Below are positions 39,601-52,500 of a DNA stretch of 64,000 nt, one piece after another. The notes beneath the pieces are model-generated. The model was given only the letters and a program-made list of their open reading frames with translations, searched no databases and was not told the origin of the DNA. The DNA is from Klebsormidium nitens (Eukaryota; Plantae; Klebsormidiophyceae). The stretch spans positions 196,235-260,234 of the forward strand of contig DF237008.1 in the NCBI GenBank assembly GCA_000708835.1, written 5' to 3'. Made by a program: the position numbers and the translations under genes. Within the stretch, counting starts at the first letter, position 1. Every line of letters starts with the position of its first letter.

Positions 39601-42600
39601 ATCCTTGCAGTCCACGTCGACTGCCTCCACAAGATGGGACATCCCCAACTGGATTCCCCCCCAGAGGGCGACTGGTTCTGCAGTAGCAGCTGCGAAGCAA
39701 TCGCCGTCATGCTGAAAGCCATTCTGGGACGGAATATGCCGCTGGGGGGGGGTTACGCGTGGACAATCCTCAAGGATGATGGGGAGGGGGTTGCCAACCA
39801 GGGTTTATTGGGGGGGGAGGAAAAAGGGCTGAGCGAGACGGAGAGGGCCAAGAAGGGGGGGGGCAAGAAGGACGACGAGAAGCGCCAGCTGGCGTTGAAA
39901 AGCAAGGGCAAGGCAGCGGAGCTTGAGAAGGGGTACAGGTGAGGTGCCGGGAGCCTTCGGACGCGTTCTGTTGAGAGTTCTCGTAACTTGTGGTCGAAGC
40001 TAGGAGACTTTCGCTTGATTGCTTGGACGGAGTCGACTTTCTCGAGTGTTAAGGAGTAGCGTGTTGTATGCTGCAGCATGCAAAGGGTGCTTTGGTGCTT
40101 ACTTTTGTGTGGTCAAGGTCGCGTCCGGTTGACAGGCAACAAACGGTTTTCAGTGGAGGCACAACCTGCCGCATCATTGCTTCACATATTTGTGATGCTC
40201 TGAATGTGTTTGCTCACTTTCTCCTTCATCCTTGCATTTGCTCTCTTGACAAAGTCAGCCCTTGAGGTGGTCTGGAAAAAGCTAAGTTTCAGTAACCTTA
40301 CAATCTCTTGTCTCCGTGTCCTTCCGTATGCAGGATTGGAGCCAAGCGCGAGAAGCTCCAGGCTCCGACCGACCCGTCTCCGAGACCACCCTCCGCCAAC
40401 CAGTTCCTTCCTCACCAGCCCCAGAGCCTGAGCAACGGCGTCAAGAAGTTGAGCACTCGACCTTCCGGGATAAATTCCGAGATCAGCGGCCAGGATGGCG
40501 CTATCGGGCCGGAGGGGCAGCCCAAGAGGGGCCGGGGGCGACCCCCCCGAAAGGCTAACGGGTTCGACCATGGTGCGGCAATTGGTCTTGAGAGGGGCCC
40601 GAGTGCGGATATAATTGCGGGAGGAACCGGGTTAACCAGCCCCGTGTCAGAGCTAACCACTCCCGGGTCGACTCTGACCACCCCAGGTTCCACGCTAACC
40701 ACCCCCGGGGCAGAACTGCCCACCCCAGGTGGGGGGGACCGGATGGCGGTGCTTTCGAACGGGGAGCCTGTGTCGCTGACTAGGAATGGGAAGCGGCGTG
40801 GTCGGCCTCCGAGTGCCTCCGGGGGGTCCCCCCAGAGCCCAAGCCGGGCGAGAAGCCGCATCCGGAAGCGGAAGTCGAAGCATCCCAACCAGTGGACCAG
40901 CGGGCGCCACTCAGACCAGCACACCCAGCCGAGCAGCGGTGTGAATGCCCACCCAGGCGTGACTGTGCATCCGCATGAGAATGGGCACTCCATGGAGGAC
41001 AAGCATCCTGGCACGGAGGGGCATTCGAAGATGGAAAGACACGTGGGTGTGAATGGGCACTCTGGTGAGAGGAAAGGCTATTTGCCGGCGGAGACGTTTC
41101 TGCAGGGTGCACCGCTGGTGCCGTTCAGCAAGCTCACGCAGCTGCCCGGGCCGCCAGGTGGCGCGTTGCCGGAGCACAAGCCGAGCACAGACCCCTCTCT
41201 GCTGGCGGGGATAACCATCAAGCTGCGCGGGGATAGCCCCGATGGAGCCCACCGGCCAAACGGGATCCTGCTCGACATCAAGCCGGCCGCAGAACCGGGT
41301 CTCGGGCATGGGGCGACAGAGCCCGGTGCAGGAGCCGTTTTCAGAACGAGCATCAAGCTGGAGGGCCCTCCAGGAGCGGCGCTCGGGTGTGTGGATGGGC
41401 ACTCAGGGGGCCATGTTGTCTTCTGCTCTTCCATAGGGGCGGACGGAGTTGAGCGGGGAGCTTACTGTGGCGAGCCGTGCGGCGGGTGTGTCGGTGAGGG
41501 CGAGAGATGTGTCGGTGCGCTGAAGGGGGGACTTGCGCGGTGCGCGAAGCCAGGAGGAGAGCCCGTGACGGCAGTCGATATGGAAACGACAGGGGGAAAT
41601 TGCGCTGGAAAAGATGAGAAGCAGTTCAAGGACGAGGCTGCAGCGGGTGGTGCATTGTTCGAGGCAAAGGAAGAAGCAAACGGGTCGGAGAACGAGGGCG
41701 GGCTCTTACTGGAGGCAGGAGGCGTGGAAGAGATGCGAGGAGAAGGGGCTGTTGCTGCGGAAGCTGACGCTGTTATGGGGAGGCAGGAAGGGAGCGAGAC
41801 GGAGGTGGGACAAGGAACTGAGGGGTCTGCTGTCGGGAGAAAGGACGGCGAGCCTTGCGAGGCCGTGCCAATGGCGGAAGACGGCCCAGCCTCAGCATCT
41901 GATTTGGCCGCAGTTGCGCGCAAGGTCGAAGCAGAAGAGAGCGCTCTTCCTGTTGTCGCCGCAGAATCCCTCCTCGAACCTAAGGAAGAGGAGGTTGATA
42001 CAGTCCGTGTCAAGCAAGAAGACAGCATGGGGGAGGGGGAAGAGAGGAGTCTTTCTGCTGAGGGCGTTTCTGCTGAGGGCGTGCCTGCGACCGCCCCCGA
42101 AGAGACGGACCCCGTGAAAGTGCTCTCGCGGTCGGTGTCGGAGATCCGACGGCTGCGGAGCGTGCACGAGATCCCGGAGGTGCACGAGGACGAGGGCGAG
42201 TTCCAGGACATGTTCGAACTTCTGGGCCTTGTCAACGAGGCCCAGGATCTGGAAGCACAGGACCCCGCTGCCGAGGACGCGCCGCCGGCGGCCGAACAAG
42301 GCCCTGAGGTGAAGCTCGAGGCAGCGAGGCAGGAGCAGCAGGTGGAACCGTCGCAGGGGGGCAATGGGCAGGCAGCCCTGCCCCCCCACATGCGCGCGGA
42401 AGCTCCCCCCGGGGAAACAGGAGGGACGTTTAGCCTGGGGATGCGGAGGACACCCACGTGGGCCCAGGACCTGACGCTTCTGGACGGGACATACGCGCCG
42501 GGGGGGGAGAACGGCAGCGCGCTGGCCCCCCCGTCGGAGGAGCACCGGGCGCAGGGGGGTGCGGCGATGCCTGGCTCGCTGAATCGGGCCCACCCCCTGC

Positions 42601-45197
42601 AGAGCCTGGTTCTAGCGAAGGGCGGGGCGAGGGCGGCCGGCGGCTTGGCGGCGGGGATGAGGTCAGCGGGCGTCAGCAACGGTGTAAATAGGCAGGGGTC
42701 GATGCGCACGGCGGCGGCGAGGCGGAAGAAGCTGGGGGAGGCGCTGGCGGTGATGCAGGAGTGCTTCCATCCGATCCAGGATAACCGCACCAAGGAGGAC
42801 CTGATCCCGCAGATGATGTACAGTAAAAGGTAGGCCGCTGATGGGTCGAGAAATTGTGCTTTCTGTCCCTTGATTAACATGCGTCGTTCGAATGTTGCCC
42901 AGCCTGTCCGTGCGGAGCCGTATCAATCAGAAGCACAATTCTTTGCTTTTTTGGGACCCAGAAAGAAATTCTTATAGTGGAATGGTGGAGGTACTTTCTG
43001 TTGCTGACTAAGAATGAGGAGCATCTCTGCATTCAGTGTCAAGTCACAGGCCCTGCTTCTATTGCTGGGCACTCGAAGGACTCTGCTCACTCAAAACAAG
43101 CCCTTTCTGCTCCTGCTCCCCAAGCTTCCACCAACTAAATCTGACGCACCTTGTGCGCCTACCTTGAGCGTAAATATGCTTTACTATCTTTTGCACCAGT
43201 TCAACATCCTTCATACAGGTCGTGCACGTTCTTGATGTGTCTCCCGTCCCTCTCGATTCCAACTTCGTAAGATCAATCCGTCCTTTTCACGCAGGACTGC
43301 GTACCACGACTTTGGCGGGTTCTATACGCTCATCGTCGAGAAGAGCGACGAGGTGATCAGCGCCGCTGCCATCCGCATCTTCGGCACCAAGGTCGCGGAG
43401 CTGCCACTTGTCGCCACCAAATTCAGCTACCGCAGACAAGGCATGTGCCGGCTGCTGCTGACGACCCTCGAACAGGTGGGCACACAGAACGTCCCTTGCT
43501 GGACGGCTTTGCTTCGACCTTGCATACTCCCCAGATGCAGGGTGGCTCGGGCTGCTTAGCGTTCCTTCTGGCGAGGACTGTCTCATAAGCTGCCGAGTGC
43601 GGGTAGCAAAACAGCAGAATCACACGCGGGTTACTTGCGGAAGGCAAAGAGTCAGCCTCTTCACATAGTGGAAGTTTTACTCTTCGCCTGGGAGACCATG
43701 TGAAGGGTTTAAGGGTTTAGAACACGCCAATCATAACAAGGCAAAGCAACTGGACGATTTCAGAAGATGCTACTTCTCTCTCGTACACAGATCCTGTTCC
43801 GGCTGGGCGTAGAGAAGCTGGTGCTGCCCGCCGTCCCCGACGTGCACGCCACGTGGAAGGGCGCGTTCGGCTTCCAAGACTGCTCCTCCGAGTCCCGCAA
43901 GGCGCTCTCCGAGCTAGAAATCATGGTCTTTCCCGGAACGTGCCTGCTCCAGAAGTCGGTCGCCGACGCAGTCTCCAACCACAAGCAGACGGCAATTTCC
44001 GCGCTCGTCGGCGCGACGCTACAGAGCGTCGTGCACGATTCCGGGGGCGCGGAGAAGCCGAACGACGGCGTCGCGTTACCGTACTCGACGCGGTGGGAGC
44101 TGTCGGAGTGGGAGGACCTCGCGCGGGCGGCGCAGCCCCCCCGGAATGAGGAGGAAGGCGCGCCGGGGGCCGAGGCGAAGCCGGCGGTGCCGACGCTGAA
44201 AAGGAAGCGGTCGGGCATCAGTTCGCCGGTCGCTGGGTCGTCAAAGGGCTTCCGGGGATTGCTGACGCGGGACGAAAGAGAGGTCGGACAGCAGCGGTTT
44301 GTGAGCCCGGGAGGAGCAGCCCCCGGCGTGTATGATAGCAAGGAGGTGAGTGGCAGTTGGTACGCTTGGATCTTTATCCGTATCAGACAAACAAAAAGCG
44401 GTCCTGCTAGGTGGATTTTGAAAGGGCGCTCGACATGGGCGCTCGACATCTGTCTGAGGAATGAAGCTGGGTTTAGAAGGCGAGCTGCTGCATGGTCAAC
44501 CAGGCCTCTCAAAAGGGCACAAGGGCTTTGAATTGTCCTTGGCAACTCGATGGTCATCTGCGGGGCAACACGGATGTGCAGCACACTTTGCAAGTTCTTC
44601 TGTGCAGTCTCCGCCTTTCGTAGGGGAAGTCGAACCAAGGGTTACCAGCACACTCAATTGACCCCTCTTTGGCAGGCGGGAGTCGCCGTCAGTCGCCCGT
44701 TGCCAGCCAGCCAGGCCGTGCTGGGCTCGACGAGTCAGGCCCACCTTCCCCCCGGGCACGAGCGGAACCTCAGCGGAGGCCAGCGGGACTTTGCCGGCTG
44801 GGAGGGCGTCGGGGGAGACATCCCGTCCGATCTCGGAATGGACGGCGAGGATTTCGACCACCTCTTAGCCAACGCCGAGAAGTGGTGGGCGCCCGAGGGG
44901 GGGCAGAAACACACCAGCAAGGCGTCCCCCCACGTGCAGCGCCGCGCGCTGACCAGCCCGAAGCCGTCCCCCTTGAAACGGACGAAGAGCGCGAGCCCCT
45001 TCCCGGGGGGTGCGCAGCCCGCTCCTGGGGCGGGAGGGGTGCCGAGCGGCACGACGTCCGCACGCAGCAGCTCCAGTCCTCGGGGGAAGAAACCGGGGCG
45101 GAAGCCAAAGACCCCAGAAGGTGGACCCGAGCAGTCGCTTCCGCCGTCGCCGTCCGATCGGGGGCTGGCAGCCAGGGATCCCCTGGCTGGCGGATGA
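36623..45197 (+). CDS. Tify/TDBD-PHD-PHD-GNAT histone acetyltransferase (IDM1/ROS4-type family), ~1890 aa
   Basis: Exons 36623-37782, 38441-38747, 39138-39261, 39611-39938, 40334-42829, 43295-43475, 43791-44345, 44676-45197 (5673 nt, phases match). Tify-like: [24 protein letters not shown]1: [28 protein letters not shown]...[13 protein letters not shown]2: CSHCG...[14 protein letters not shown]...GDWFCS. GNAT: [14 protein letters not shown]...FGGFYT...[22 protein letters not shown]...RRQGMCR...[10 protein letters not shown]...TWKGAFGF. The start codon is uncertain (36572-36623). Confidence 0.92.
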
Positions 45198-46490
45198 AGC
45201 TGCAGAAGGGGTCCAACGGCTGGGCCGTCGTCGCCAAGACGGGCGTCGCCGAAGGGGATCCCCCGGCGCTGTCGCTTGGGCCGAGCTCCCCGCAGCGGGG
45301 GGCGAAGAAGCGGCAGTACCTCCCCCCCCCGGAGCCGGGCTTCCCGGGCCCGGAGGCGGAGGGCAGCTCGCACGGGGGCCGCGCGTTCCCGAGCCCGAAG
45401 AAGCGGCTCGCGAGCGGGAACGGGGACTACCCCCCCGGCGTAACGAAGGAGACGGTGCGGAAGGAGGGGCCGCGGACGGGGCCCGAGTGGCTCGAGGCGT
45501 TACTGGCGGTCAAGTTCTTCCAGGGGTGTAAGAACCACAATGGCGAGGCGGGGAAGAGCCTCCCCCGGGAGAAGGAGTGCAACCTGTTCTGCACGGACTG
45601 CGCGGGCGGCGCACTGTGCATGACGTGCGTGGAGGGGCACAAGGAGCACCGCATGGTGCAGGTGAGGGGCGTCCCCCTGTGTTTTGTTGTCTTAGGCTGG
45701 TGTTGACTTCTGTTCGTGCTTTTTAGTCTTAGGCTTGTATGACTTTCGTTCGTGCTTAACATTCCTCTGGCATCCTTCCCAGTCCGACCTTAAACAGTTG
45801 GAAACGTCCCCGACTCTGCGGCTTGCAATCCTTCTTGCCGGACCTTAGGTTCATCAAACTCTTCTGCTTTGTCGGTAGCCTTGTTCCATTCGTTTCCGGC
45901 GTCTGGAAGCATGCTGTTGCTGTCATGAGTTATGCGCCAGTCGCTTGGCCGGCTTTTGGGCGCGAAGGTTTCCATTGACGTGCTTGCAATCTACTGATTA
46001 TCATTTCCCTTCTGTTTGCAGATCCGACGGTCCTCGTACAACGACTGCGTGCGCATCACCGACATCCAACGGCTGTTGGACTTCTGGCAGGTCCAGGTGT
46101 ACACCATCAACGGCGCCAAGATCGTGTTCCTCAATGAGCGCCCGCACTCCAATCCTAACCGCGGCAAGACCGCCGCGAAGAGCAACGTCACCGCGTGCGA
46201 GATCTGCTGCCGCATCCTCGTCGACAACGTGCGCTTCTGCTCAGTCGGCTGCAAGGTGGGTTGCTCAGCAGCCTTCACTTTCGGAATCAATCTCGTCACA
46301 GCAGAGTTTATGAGCTCAACCGAAGATCTGTCAATGCGCATCAGTTGTTGCGGATATCGTCTTTCCAAAAGGCGACTGCTACTTAGGATTTTGTATTCAG
46401 GTTGCCGGGACTAAGTTGCCGGAGGAGGGCTTTCCGAATTCTTATGCATGCGCCGGCCAACAGATCTCGTTTCTGGACTGCTGTGCTTAA
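45194..46490 (+). CDS. PLATZ zinc-dependent DNA-binding domain protein (263 aa if independent; possibly the C-terminus of the upstream gene)
   Basis: Exons 45194-45661, 46022-46255 and probably 46401-46490. Motifs: PEWLEALL...FFQGCKNH...ECNLFCTDC...LCMTC...H...VQIRRSSYNDCVRITDIQ...VQVYTINGAKIVFLNERP...CEICCRIL...RFCSVGCKV. The last exon is less certain. Confidence 0.9.
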
Positions 46491-47824
46491 GCTGCCCAAG
46501 GGAAAGCGGGTTTTCAGACTCTCTGACCATTGCTTCTCGTGGCCCTTGCAGCTGACCTGCATTAAGCGGGGTGCTGCTGAGGATGCCGCATTGACCTTGC
46601 AACCTTTACTGAAATGATAGGGGCTGAGGGATATCAGGTGGAAGGTCAAAATAGCTTAACAATAACCGTGTCGGCTTTGGCACGCTTGTAGAGTAAAGGC
46701 AAGAGAAGACGTGTAACTTCGGAAGTTGCCCAGAGTGTGTTTGAGGACCATCTGCTGGCAGGTGCTGTTGAAGTTGATCAGGGGGGAAAGGCAAGGTAAT
46801 GGGCGCGTGCGATCGCTTTGCAACTTTGGCATGGGGAGATGTGACGAAAGGTTGTTACTGAAATATGGTCAAGATATCTTAAAGCATGGTGCGCACACTT
46901 ATTTCCACGGCCGGAGCATGGAACGCCTGTGAATGCTTTTGAAATTAGTTGCCCCTGTATTATGATGCCATTCACCTGCAAAGCACACGGGCAACTCTCA
47001 TCCACCGAAAGGCTCTGAGCGCACTGGATTCGCATTCTTACGCGGCTTTAACAAGCATGTACGTAACGCAAAGTCGTCATGTGATCTTACAAACTGTTGC
47101 ATGGAAGTATTTGAATCATAAGTGACCATTGGTATTTCTATTGCAGAATCCTCTAGCATGTGAGCCTGGTGGACTCACGCACGACATGCAGATTCTACGT
47201 ATGGATCTTGTTCGTATGCTGCTGGCCCGGCATCTTGTGTTGAAAGTGTTGCGGCTTACACATGTGTGGCGTTGAGCTGATCTCATGGCCCCGGGTAGGT
47301 GATAAGTCATCTCATGTATGCACACATATTTGATAACCAGCTGAGTTCATTTCAAAGAGGCTCGTGAGTCACTGAGGAGATTATTGCCATACAATGATCC
47401 TTAAACGAAATCCGGCATGTGCGTGACGCATGTCAACCTCAATCTTGTCAACATTGGTAATCAAACTGCTTTGCACAAAACAAGCTTGCTTATCCGGCCA
47501 TGCAATGTACGTTGACTGTTGGTTTTTATTGTAGTCAACTTGTCAACTGTAGCCTGCTTGGGCACAACCGTAGCAGTAATCAGCACGAGAGCTTAATTGT
47601 GCTCAATCATCCACCAGACCTTTGCAGCGAAGACCTGGCCTTTACAGCTTGACTGCCCCCTCACAACCTTCTCGAGAAGATCTTGCTATTCCTCTATTTG
47701 CCATGAAAGCCTCAAATGAAGTTTTCCAAGTCAAGTTCAGGTCTCTTTGAGAACCAAACTTAACTTGAGAATTGCTTGCTCGCATGCAAGCTCGCCTGCC
47801 CAGAAAGCTACAGAGTTGTACATC

Positions 47825-48064
47825 CTAGACCGTTTTATCTCCTTTCTTAGCTTCCAGATTCTCGTTAGCTTCGCCCTTTTTGTGCCTCTTCCAGAATCTT
47901 AATCTTCTCAAAAGAGCCTTTTTCTTCTCCTTGAAGTAGTTCACAGCCTCCTCATATTCCAGTGCTTCCTGTACTTTTCTCAAGGCAAGCTGTTTGGCGT
48001 ACCTGTCGTAGTCGGTGCGCTCGGGCAATGCAACAGTCTCTTTCATTCTCTCTTGGGCATCCAT
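47825..48064 (-). CDS. Small highly charged helical orphan protein, 79 aa
   Basis: Single-exon ORF rich in K/E/R. It is preceded by a plausible 5'-UTR intron (donor GTATG at 48265, acceptor CAG at 48081-48079) with an in-frame stop just upstream of the ATG. It faces away from the MJ1316 gene across a GC-rich region carrying AAACCCT motifs. Confidence 0.5.
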   Translation of the reverse strand: MDAQERMKETVALPERTDYDRYAKQLALRKVQEALEYEEAVNYFKEKKKALLRRLRFWKRHKKGEANENLEAKKGDKTV

Positions 48065-49527
48065 GATTCAGCTGAGGGCTGCACATGACAAATCAGTCGC
48101 TCCGGAGAAGGACAGTTTACATCGCCTTACCGGCCTCGCAACCGCTTCGGAGTGGAACAGAGATCAGAACAGCTCTATTAAACGGAGATTTTCGTCAATT
48201 GATTGTGGATTGGCTTGCAGCAAGTCAACTTCGTGATCTTAGCTGGTTGCAACCATAGTCCATACGTCAGATACTCGATCGCGGGCGGCCACGATCGCGA
48301 GTGATCCGCCGCGGCCGCGCCGCTACCCAATTGCAAATTCTCCGCGCGCGCCGATTTGCAGCCTAAGGAATGCAGGCCGTCCGTCAGATTTGAGGACGAC
48401 CGTCAGATGTCCTTGAATCGTAAAGGCACCGGACTGCTGTCCGGCGGAAACCCTTAAACCCGGCGACTGTCGCGGCCGCCTAAACCCCGCACCGAGGTTT
48501 GGCGTCTACGAATTCAAACCCTTGCAGATATGCTGACGAGGCACTTAGCTGAGCCTCAGCAAGCTGTGAACAAAACCCCCGTTTCAACTACTTCACTTCC
48601 AGTTGAAGTGAACTGAACGCTAACAACAGCGCCTCTTGGCGCTGCTGAGAGGAAGCGTTTTCTTTCTTCCCACCCACCTCCCTTACCAACGTAACACTTC
48701 GTCACTTACCTCCGCTGACAACTCTCCACTGAAGAAATAGAACCCTCTGCCGCCGAAGACGGCGCTTCAATGGAACCGCTTATTACTTGGTCTCCTGCCT
48801 TTCTCCAAGGCCGAAAAGCGCCCCTGTCCAGCGCCATCCCAACTACTGCGACTACAAGCTATCCTGAGTTGCAAGCAGAAAATGATGGCTTGTTCAAGCA
48901 CGGCACCCAGACCGAAAGATCTTGAACAACTAATCAACGGCCCCGATGAATTAGTTGAAGCTTCATCGCGACCCTTCATCACCAAACAGACCGACGGTCT
49001 CGATTAAATAAATGTCCGACGCTGACGTCACGGTTCGCTCACCTCAATTTCAATCAGCTTATACGCACCGACAGCGTATAAGCGCCCCTATGCCGCAACC
49101 CGAGAAGTGCGGCCTCATGGGAGCGAATCCTGACCGTCTTTGCCCCAAACCGCCCATCTATCTGACGTTGGACATTTCACACAGAACACAAAAACAGTTC
49201 CTCATACTCATTCCCTTGGGAATAGGTTCGTAACCGGTGACGCAACTCCAAGGGGATCACTCCGAGCTCATACGATCGGTTGCTCTGGGCATGCCAAATT
49301 GCACGGCATCGTCTCCGGTCTCGTAAAGCACGTCACGTATCTCTTTGCTGATTCGCATTGTGACGTTAAGATTTGCAATCGCTAGTGAGCATTAAGCCAG
49401 AGTATGTAAGTTCACCCTCGGGTCCAACAAGCGAGACCCAAATTGACTTCCTTCTGTTTGTGCAGGCATTTTTGTTGCTCAACAAGTCTTTCAGAGGAAG
49501 CCCCTCCAGCATTCTCTAGCGCGCGCC

Positions 49528-52500
49528 ATGGCGTCTTCCGCCCTCAGCAGCATAGAGGATTCAGCAGAACAAACAGCTCAGAGGAACCCTGATCCAAAAA
49601 CCGCACGGCAGATTCGTGCAACACGAAAGTCCCTCACGACAGCCTCCAAGAATGTGAAACCAATCTCGACAGCCCCGCTTCTCCACGCCAAAGAACACGA
49701 CGAGGCCGGTGAGAATGCGCCTAGCACAAGTAGGAGTTCCCGAATTTCAGGGGTCCGGTTGAAGACGTCCAAGCAGGTTTACGACCTGGTTCGCACTAAC
49801 CCCAGCTACGATGGGAAGAGGTGTCACATTGTGTACCACGACAGAGTGGCTGACAGATACATGCGGACGGCGTTGGCGGACTGGACCCCTGCGAGCGCGC
49901 AGGGAGACGTGCCATGGCACCGCGTGTGGTGAGTGCTTATGCTTGGGGGAGGACAGCTTATGTATACAATGCCATAAGATTTGGGAATCATTAATGATCG
50001 TCTGGGGAAGTTCTACTAAGCTGGAGGGAAAATGGACCACGTGGGCTGGCTTTCTTTTGATTAGCTGAGCTTAGGACTGGACTCCTCAATGAAACGTAGG
50101 TCCTTGAGCTGATTTGCCATTGAGAGAGCTTGAAAGGCTACCTGGTTGCGAGAAACGGCTCTCCACTTTGAGTACAAGAGACTGCGATCAGACAAGATAT
50201 CGTGCGATGGCAATAGCAGTGCATTTTCCTAGGGCCCAGGGTCATCCAGAGATGTTCTTTTCAGCGTTACTTTCTTACTTGCGGCGCCATCGAAAGTAAA
50301 TTCGACCCTCAAGCAGACCGAGAATGATGCTGAGAGCGAAGTCGAGCAAGGTGAAAGATTACGACGTCTTGCCCTTAGAAAGTCAAGACACCTCTCTTTC
50401 TCTCTTCCCTCTCAGCGCCTTCAATGTGCTGTCAGTTGTCCACCTGCAAATAAGCCCTTTCCAGACTCGCTGTAATTCAGCATATATTGGACTCTCTTCT
50501 TTTTTCCAATGATGGGTTTGTGTACGGAATATCAGTGACATTAATGTGGTCTGTCTCTTTGGTGGCACTAACGGCGTGCTGCACCATTCTGCCCTCAGGA
50601 GCGACTAACTGACCAGCCCATCCTAGTTTCTGCTCTATGAAACTTTTAGATAAGAGAACTTACTTTCTGGCACTCGCGCCTCTGCGAACTGCGGTGGAAA
50701 AGCCAGCCTTACTGCTTCGGGCGGCACTACTCACAGGTGCAAACATGCCGAGAGACACGTTAGTGCACACGGGGCGAGCTTTGCAAGCTGACCAGCAGAT
50801 GTGCCGCACTATTCTTGCAGGAATCTGTCTGAGCCAAGGGCTCATCGAGCAGAGTTTCCAAACTCGAACCATACGGCGGACTCAAAAACATACGGACAGC
50901 AGACTCAAAGCTTTTGGACAGCAGCTTGCAAAACCGAGCTCCTTCAATTTCATGATATCCCAGGTTCTTCACATACAACGGGACCGTTTTCTGGGACCGT
51001 GAGCGCCGCTTCTTCGACCACTGCCTCCTGCGCCGCCTTGCTTCCGGTGATGCCGCCCCGTCCTACGAGAACGTGACACGCGGCGCCCAGCAACTGGCCG
51101 AAACGCTTCCTCGCGACTTCCGATTGGCAACTTTGAACCTCCTTGCAGGTCAGAGACGCTCATATTTTATGCTAAGCATCTGACAGCAACTCCACCTTCT
51201 GCGATTTTCGAAAGCATTGTTCAATGAGAGCTCCTCAGTATTTCTGGTAGTTTTGGCTCTCCCAATAGTCCTACCTTCGCGTTTCAAAGGTGTGGTGAAA
51301 GTGCCTCGTTTGTTGGACGTGCTTCGTCCAATCACGCATACAGCTGATACGTTAAGGGCGGATAAAAAAAGGAGAGAGGTCTAGCCACCATTTACCCCGC
51401 CCCGGAAGAGCACGCTAGGCCTGTGCAGCACTTGCCTAGTCATTGCTCAATGCGTTCGTTTCTCTTCCGATTCCTTGTTCCTTCAATGATTGTCTTTTCT
51501 ATCGTCGCAGGTGCCAACTTCCGCAAAGACGTGGACCCAAACCCACCCGTATCAGACGTCTCCAACGTGCTGCGAAGTTTGGACGCTGACGTCATCATGC
51601 TCCAGGGGTGCACGAAAGAGACGCTTGAGTTTCTCGAGGAGCAGAACTGCGTTTGTGAGGGTTATGAGGTTAGTCACACGAATTTTCTCGGTAAAGATTT
51701 GCAGTGTGAAGGCACGCTTTAGCTGAACGTTTGATCTAAACATCTTTGCTGAATGGACGCGTGCTGCTTGCTAAAAGATCCAGGCATTCTTTAGTTGAGT
51801 CGTACTTTAGCAGATACTTGAGCTGGTTTAACTTGAAGTTGCGTAGGCTTCGTTAGTTCAACCATTGGAAAAGCTTCGGAGCTTGAAGTGGAAGTGCTTC
51901 TTTAAACAACAGAAGGCTGAGAAACTACGATTACGCATTCAAGGGCTCGAAACTGGCAGATTGAGGTAAAGTCCGCGTTGGGGTTGATGTCCTCCTTCTG
52001 ATTGAGCTTTATTAAGCACTTCGTGCCAGACTCCATACGGATCACGATATTCAAACCTACGACTCGGTCCCGTCTCCACCGAATTGAGACGTCGCAAGGG
52101 TCAAGGGAAGAAGCCAAAACGTTTTGGATTGAATCGCTAAGCCTGAGACTCCAATGAACGTACTTTGCTACGTGTCTTGCAGATGGTCTACTCAGACTTG
52201 GAGCCTTCCGGCCAGATCACGCTCGCGCGCGCCCACCACAAGCGAGCATCCCAGCACAGCCTTTCGGCGTCGAATAAGAGAGCGCTCAGAGTCTGCCATA
52301 AAACGGCGAACGGTGTCGACTTCGAAACGTGGAACGTAGACTTTCGAGCGTCGACAGGGGAGAGAGACAGCATTTCTGAACGTGCGGGGAGGCGGTTGAG
52401 TAAAGACGGAACGGCGCCGAGCGGAACGCATAAGACCGGAACGGAGCTGATGAGCCAGCTCGAGCAGTGGACGTACATCTCGGAAACTTATGCGGCCATC

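Noticed and set aside
41462-42880. 472-aa minus-strand ORF and other long overlapping ORFs in GC-rich exons (e.g. 43760-44638, 44735-45373, 61881-62534)
   Set aside because: These are antisense or alternative-frame shadows of real GC-rich exons, with Ser/Pro/Ala-rich composition and no splice or domain support.
50715-50760. Short similarity to the start of MJ1316-EEP exon 3 (cag|GTGCAAAC versus cag|GTGCCAAC)
   Set aside because: Too short, and not in the adjacent intron, so chance is likely.
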